DNA of 64,000 nt from Fibrobacteria bacterium (GTDB taxonomy: Bacteria; Fibrobacterota; Fibrobacteria; UBA11236; JADFYW01). This document shows positions 59,794 through 64,000 of the stretch, in pieces. The translations under genes and the position numbers were made by a program. The stretch covers positions 256,001 to 320,000 of the forward strand of contig JBNKOC010000012.1 of NCBI GenBank assembly GCA_050294405.1. Direction: 5' to 3'. A model generated the notes under the pieces. The model did no database searches. It was not told the DNA's origin and worked only from the letters and a program-made list of their open reading frames with translations. Positions within the stretch are counted from its first letter, which is position 1. Every line of letters begins with the position of its first letter.

Positions 59794-60354
59794 ATGTTCC
59801 AATTGATTGTGTCCGAGCCCTGGCCCTGGTATGTTGCGGGTCCGTTGGTGTCTATTACCATGTTTAGCCTGGTTTACTTTGGAAAAAAATTTGGGGTGTC
59901 TTCTAACTTCAGAACCATGTGCTCCATTTTGGGGGCGGGAAAAAAACTCAAATATTTTAACAACAATTGGAAGGGCCAATTGTGGAACCTGGCTTTTTTA
60001 TTAGGACTACTATTGGGAGGTTTTATAGCTTCCCGTTTTTTAATGCATACATCGGTAAATAAAGTTTCCCTTTCTACTATGGCGGATTTAAAAGACATTG
60101 GCGTTGCCGTCACACAAAGTTATTTGCCGGATTACTTGACTTTTTCCAACGGATTTAATTTTAAACCTTTGCTGATTTTGCTGGGCGGAGGCTTTTTAGT
60201 GGGTTTTGGAACCCGGTGGGCGGATGGCTGTACCTCAGGCCATGGCATATATGGTTTATCCAACCTGCAATTGCCTTCTCTTATTGCTGTAATTGGATTT
60301 TTTATTGGCGGTTTGTTAATGACCTTTTTTGGATTGCCTTTAATTTTGGGTTAG
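59794..60354 (+). CDS. YeeE/YedE family sulfur-compound transporter subunit
   Basis: PWPWYVAGP, FGVSS, GFGTRWADGCTSGHG. Confidence 0.9.
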   Translation: MFQLIVSEPWPWYVAGPLVSITMFSLVYFGKKFGVSSNFRTMCSILGAGKKLKYFNNNWKGQLWNLAFLLGLLLGGFIASRFLMHTSVNKVSLSTMADLKDIGVAVTQSYLPDYLTFSNGFNFKPLLILLGGGFLVGFGTRWADGCTSGHGIYGLSNLQLPSLIAVIGFFIGGLLMTFFGLPLILG

Positions 60355-60363
60355 GAAAAAATA

Positions 60364-60777
60364 ATGAAGTATTTGAAATATATGCTGTTGGGAATTTTTT
60401 TTGGTATTGTTTTAACAAAAGCTGAAATTGTTTCCTGGTTTCGTATTCAGGAAATGTTTCGCTTTCAATCCTTTCACATGTATGGCGTGCTAGGTTCGGC
60501 GGTGGGCCTGGGTATTATTGGCAGGTTTCTTATTCAAAAGCTAAAACCCAATTCTCTTTACGGAAAACCTATGGCATTTTTTCCTAAGGAACCGGGTTGG
60601 AAAAATTACCTTCTGGGTGGCGCTTTGTTTGGAATGGGCTGGGCTTTGGTGGGGGCCTGCCCTGGGCCCATTGTAGTTTTAATTGGCAATGGTTATTTGT
60701 CCATGCTGCTGGCTTTGGCAGGGGCCCTATTGGGTGTATATGCGTATGGAGCTTTGCGCCACAAACTTCCTCATTAA
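60364..60777 (+). CDS. YeeE/YedE family partner subunit
   Basis: SWFRIQEMFRF, FGMGWALVGACPGP. Confidence 0.9.
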   Translation: MKYLKYMLLGIFFGIVLTKAEIVSWFRIQEMFRFQSFHMYGVLGSAVGLGIIGRFLIQKLKPNSLYGKPMAFFPKEPGWKNYLLGGALFGMGWALVGACPGPIVVLIGNGYLSMLLALAGALLGVYAYGALRHKLPH

Positions 60778-61020
60778 ACTCTAACGATGTATAAAAATGG
60801 AGATGAGTTTCCATAAGACTTTCTTATATAGTAACTTACAGAGCTCTCTATCCATGTCCGGGTTTTCACTCTCGGTGAAATTTGAACGATGTATGTTTTT
60901 ATCGCCATTTTCGCTCCATTAGGGTAAAGATAAAAAAATGGGTCTGGCGCTTTTATTTGTAATGGGAAGCAGGTAAATTAATAGGGAGTAGGAATCCACT
61001 AAAAAAATTGGGAGGCCAAA

Positions 61021-61461
61021 ATGAAATTCTCCTTGAAAAAAACATTAATTGCCTTTTTTTTGTTATTGCTTTTAGCTCAACTGATTCGGCCTGATAAAGC
61101 AAATCCGCCAGTAAATTCAGAAGAAAGTTTTTCAGAAGATAGCGAACTGACTGCTGTTTTTAAGCGGGCTTGTTACGATTGCCATTCTTCAGAAACTCGT
61201 TATCCCTGGTATAGTAATATCGCACCTGTAAGCTGGATGCTTTCCCATCATGTGCAAGAAGGCCGGGAGCACCTCAACTTTTCTATTTGGAATAAACTTC
61301 CCGAAAAGAAAAAGGAAAAACTTCGGGAAGAAATATGGGAGGAAATCGAAGAGGGTGAAATGCCCATGAAGGGTTATGTTTTACTTCATAAGGAAGCCAA
61401 ATTGACTTCCCAGGACTTGGAAAAAATTAAAAGCTGGTCTGCTGAAGAAAAGGCTAACTGA
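61021..61461 (+). CDS. Heme-binding domain protein (monoheme c)
   Basis: ACYDCHS..T.YPWYS..APVSW, GREHLNFS, GEMP. Confidence 0.88.
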   Translation: MKFSLKKTLIAFFLLLLLAQLIRPDKANPPVNSEESFSEDSELTAVFKRACYDCHSSETRYPWYSNIAPVSWMLSHHVQEGREHLNFSIWNKLPEKKKEKLREEIWEEIEEGEMPMKGYVLLHKEAKLTSQDLEKIKSWSAEEKAN

Positions 61462-61594
61462 AAAAGCTTTGGTAATAGTGGAGGGCTGGAAGGGCGATGC
61501 CGGCAATGCCAGCCACAATCATGCTGCAAAAAACTAAAATTTCGGCTTTGCTGAAGCTTTTTACAAGACTTTTAAATGAATTTTCAGGTACCAC
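61454..61594 (-). CDS. 46-aa type IV pilin-like micro-protein
   Basis: AAGGAG RBS + GTG start; KS|FSKAE then hydrophobic helix ending in IALPA; downstream of a sigma54 promoter. Confidence 0.5.
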   Translation of the reverse strand: MVPENSFKSLVKSFSKAEILVFCSMIVAGIAGIALPALHYYQSFFS

Positions 61595-61624
61595 AGCTTT
61601 CTCCTTTGTTTGGTTATTGAAGTT

Positions 61625-61640
61625 TGCAAGTTTTGTGCCA
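61625..61640 (-). promoter_or_regulatory. Sigma54 (-24/-12) promoter
   Basis: TGGCAC-AAAAC-TTGCA on the minus strand, a perfect consensus match. Confidence 0.78.
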
Positions 61641-61784
61641 GGCATTTAATGAGGAGTTTCCCTAAAACCAGCAAGTCAAAATCTGACATTTTGACAAGTG
61701 ACAGGTAATTTTGACAATATTATTGGGATGCGAAATTGGGTAAAAAGGAGTTATCTTTCATTATAACCGACTGAAGGAGTAAAA

Positions 61785-61970
61785 ATGGCAATGCCTGGAA
61801 TGACAGAATTATTAATAGTGTTTGCAATTGTTATCCTGCTTTTCGGCGGAAAAAAAATTCCTGAAATTGCCCGGGGCATTGGCCGCGGTATTCGGGATTT
61901 CAAATCTGCAAAAAGTGGCCTTTTAGATGGAGATGCTAGTGTGGCGTCATCCGATAAAAAGGAGTCCTGA
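61785..61970 (+). CDS. tatA: Twin-arginine translocase subunit TatA
   Basis: ELLIV...LLFGGKKIPEIARGIGRGIRDFK. Confidence 0.93.
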   Translation: MAMPGMTELLIVFAIVILLFGGKKIPEIARGIGRGIRDFKSAKSGLLDGDASVASSDKKES

Positions 61971-62290
61971 TGGAATTGCCTAAGCCACCCAAAACCTATA
62001 CCAATTTTATTAAGCAATATCCTGATTTAGGTAAGGCCTGGGAGCTGATAAACCAACAGGGAAAACAAGGTCCTCTTTCTGAAAAACAAGGGCGCCTTAT
62101 AAAACTGGCTATTGCCATAGGGACCAAAAGCGAAGGCGCTGTGCATTCGTCAGTTAGAAAGGCCCTCGCTATGGGCATTACCAAGGAGGAAATTTTACAA
62201 ACGGTGGCTCTTGCCGCAAGTTCCATGGGTATGCCCGCCACGGTGGCAGCCTACACCTGGGTTGTGGAAGAAATGAATAAATTAGAATAA
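61970..62290 (+). CDS. Carboxymuconolactone decarboxylase/AhpD-like protein
   Basis: GPLSEKQGRLIKLAIA, AVHS, GITKEEI, GMP. Confidence 0.85.
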   Translation: MELPKPPKTYTNFIKQYPDLGKAWELINQQGKQGPLSEKQGRLIKLAIAIGTKSEGAVHSSVRKALAMGITKEEILQTVALAASSMGMPATVAAYTWVVEEMNKLE

Positions 62291-62314
62291 AAAAGAATAT
62301 AAACGAATAAAGGA

Positions 62315-62410
62315 TCGTTCCTTATTCCGTGGTCCTAAAGCTTTAGCAATGGCAGCGGAACGATACGGCACTTCTGGAAACGGATTTGTCTCCCGGTGGA
62401 AAAGGAACCT
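62315..62410 (+). ncRNA. Molybdenum-cofactor (Moco/Tuco) riboswitch candidate
   Basis: P1 GTTCCTT (62317-23) pairs with AAGGAAC (62402-08) over the RBS; CCTAAAG...ATGG receptor-like element; GAAA tetraloop; TCTCCCG...GGAAAAGGA 3' end; directly before moeA. Confidence 0.8.
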
Positions 62411-63616
62411 ATGATAACATCTGAAAAAAGCCTTGAAATAATTAGGGAATCCGCTCAAGATTTTGGCTGGGAATTTTGCCCCATTGAAAAAGCCAAGGGC
62501 AGGATTTTAGCTGAAGACCTTTTTGCGGATAGGGATTTCCCCCCTTTCAACCGAGTGGCCATGGATGGAATATGCATCCAGTACCAGGGTTATGAAAAAG
62601 GTTTGCGCCAATTTAAAATAAAAGGAGTTCAGGCTTCAGGGGCTCCTGCTCTGAGTCTGGAATCTTACGAGGATTGCCTGGAAATAATGACAGGAGCCAT
62701 GCTTCCCTCTTCGGCGGACACGGTAATTCGCTATGAAGACCTGGAATTATCCGAGGGCTTGGCCCGTTTAAAACCAGGAGCGGAAATTACCCGGGGCAAA
62801 AATATTCATGTTATGGGAAGCGATTTAAAAAAATCGGATAAAATTTTATCCAGAGCCAGTATTTTAAGAGGGCCGCAAATCGCCGTGGCGGCAACTATTG
62901 GCAAGCAAATGTTAAAGGTAAAAAAATGGCCCTGCGTTAGCATTGTGTCTACTGGCGATGAATTGGTTCCCATAGATAAAACTCCGCAGCCACAGCAAAT
63001 TCGAATCTCCAATAATTATGCCGTTCGGGCCATGCTGGAAGAATTGGGAATAAACAGCCTTGAAATTTTTCATAAAGCCGATGTGGAGGAAGAGTTAAGC
63101 TCATCTCTGGAAGATATGCTAAATAACTCGGATATTTTGATATTATCCGGTGGGGTTTCCATGGGGAAATTTGATTTTGTCCCGGGAATTTTAAAAGAAC
63201 TGGGAGTGGAGATTCTCTTCCATAAAGTGAAACAAAAACCGGGAAAACCCCTTCTTTATGGAGTGTATCAGGGAAAAGAAAAAAAAGCCTTTGTGTTCGG
63301 TCTTCCGGGAAACCCGGTTTCAAGTGTTATAAACTGCCGCAAATACATTGTGCCATTTATATATGCCTGCTGGGGCATTCCCGGCGGCGAAGGTTTTCCT
63401 ATTCCCTACGAGGGGAATTTTAGCCTTAAAGGAGATTTGGTTCAGTTTGTGCCAGTAAAAGTCCTAAGGGAAAAAACGGGAGCCTTTAAAGCTCAGCTTA
63501 TAAAAGGCAACGGGTCTGGCGATTTGGCGAGCCTGGCTTTGTCGGATGGCTTTTTAGAATTTATCCCGGGCAATAATAAACCGCCTTTGTTTTATGGATG
63601 GAGGGACATGTTGTGA
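62411..63616 (+). CDS. moeA: Molybdopterin molybdotransferase
   Basis: PPFNRVAMDG, IMTGA, STGDEL, SGGVSMG, KPGKP, LPGNP. Confidence 0.95.
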   Translation: MITSEKSLEIIRESAQDFGWEFCPIEKAKGRILAEDLFADRDFPPFNRVAMDGICIQYQGYEKGLRQFKIKGVQASGAPALSLESYEDCLEIMTGAMLPSSADTVIRYEDLELSEGLARLKPGAEITRGKNIHVMGSDLKKSDKILSRASILRGPQIAVAATIGKQMLKVKKWPCVSIVSTGDELVPIDKTPQPQQIRISNNYAVRAMLEELGINSLEIFHKADVEEELSSSLEDMLNNSDILILSGGVSMGKFDFVPGILKELGVEILFHKVKQKPGKPLLYGVYQGKEKKAFVFGLPGNPVSSVINCRKYIVPFIYACWGIPGGEGFPIPYEGNFSLKGDLVQFVPVKVLREKTGAFKAQLIKGNGSGDLASLALSDGFLEFIPGNNKPPLFYGWRDML

Positions 63617-64000
63617 TAGCCATTCAAAAACATTTGTTGGCAAAAAGCCATTTGCAGGATGCCTACGGGCGCTACATGAGAAAACTTCGTATATCCCTTA
63701 CAGACGCCTGTAATTATCGCTGTTTTTATTGCATGCCCGAAGACACCGTTTTTGCCAAACAAAATAAATGGCTAAGTCCTGAAGAAATATTTGGCATCAG
63801 TTCCATGCTAGTGGGTTTAGGCGTAGAGCAGATTCGGGTGACTGGAGGGGAGCCATGCGCCCGGCCTGATTTTTTAAAAATCATGGAAATGCTAGGGAGT
63901 TTGAATTGCCAATCTTTGGGAGTTACCAGCAATGGCGAAAACTTAAAACCTATGTTATTGCCTTTGTGGAGCTATGGCTGCCGAAGTCTTAACATCAGTA
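63613..64000 (+). CDS. moaA: GTP 3',8-cyclase, 3'-truncated (absent from the ORF track)
   Basis: Hand translation gives LQDAYGR...LRISLTDACNYRCFYCMPE...IRVTGGEP; GTG overlaps the moeA stop. Confidence 0.93.
   Translation, partial: MIAIQKHLLAKSHLQDAYGRYMRKLRISLTDACNYRCFYCMPEDTVFAKQNKWLSPEEIFGISSMLVGLGVEQIRVTGGEPCARPDFLKIMEMLGSLNCQSLGVTSNGENLKPMLLPLWSYGCRSLNIS

Noticed and set aside
61595..61645. ATG 61645 as the start of the small minus-strand ORF
   Set aside because: It lies upstream of the sigma54 promoter; GTG 61594 has the RBS

Overview
AT-rich (visibly well below 50% GC) bacterial chromosomal window, probably from a Fibrobacterota-related organism (inferred from two TIGR02147/DUF4423-type paralogues and a T9SS-type C-terminal domain). 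It is dominated by electron-transfer and metal/cofactor genes. In order: the 3' half of an alternative complex III plus A2-type caa3 oxidase operon; an orphan PAAR/DUF2169/FHA-cyclase module; hemH; a 243-bp MITE; a DUF1998 helicase; two TIGR02147 regulator-lipoprotein cassettes (one followed by a pectate lyase, the other running into System II cytochrome c maturation genes and a porin-multiheme conduit: a putative diheme-b membrane protein, 20-heme and 31-heme cytochromes, a beta-barrel and a ferredoxin-flavoprotein); a 119-bp tandem repeat array; feoAB, nnrS, hemN; a Cus-type RND system; a YeeE/YedE pair; tatA; and a Moco riboswitch before moeA-moaA. Less obvious signals: a recurring 'direct repeat / 25-bp IHF-like site / direct repeat' layout in four intergenic regions, and two sigma54-type promoters in front of micro-proteins (a 65-aa hyper-acidic protein and a 46-aa pilin-like protein). 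All family calls come from motif recognition by eye; no database searches were run.
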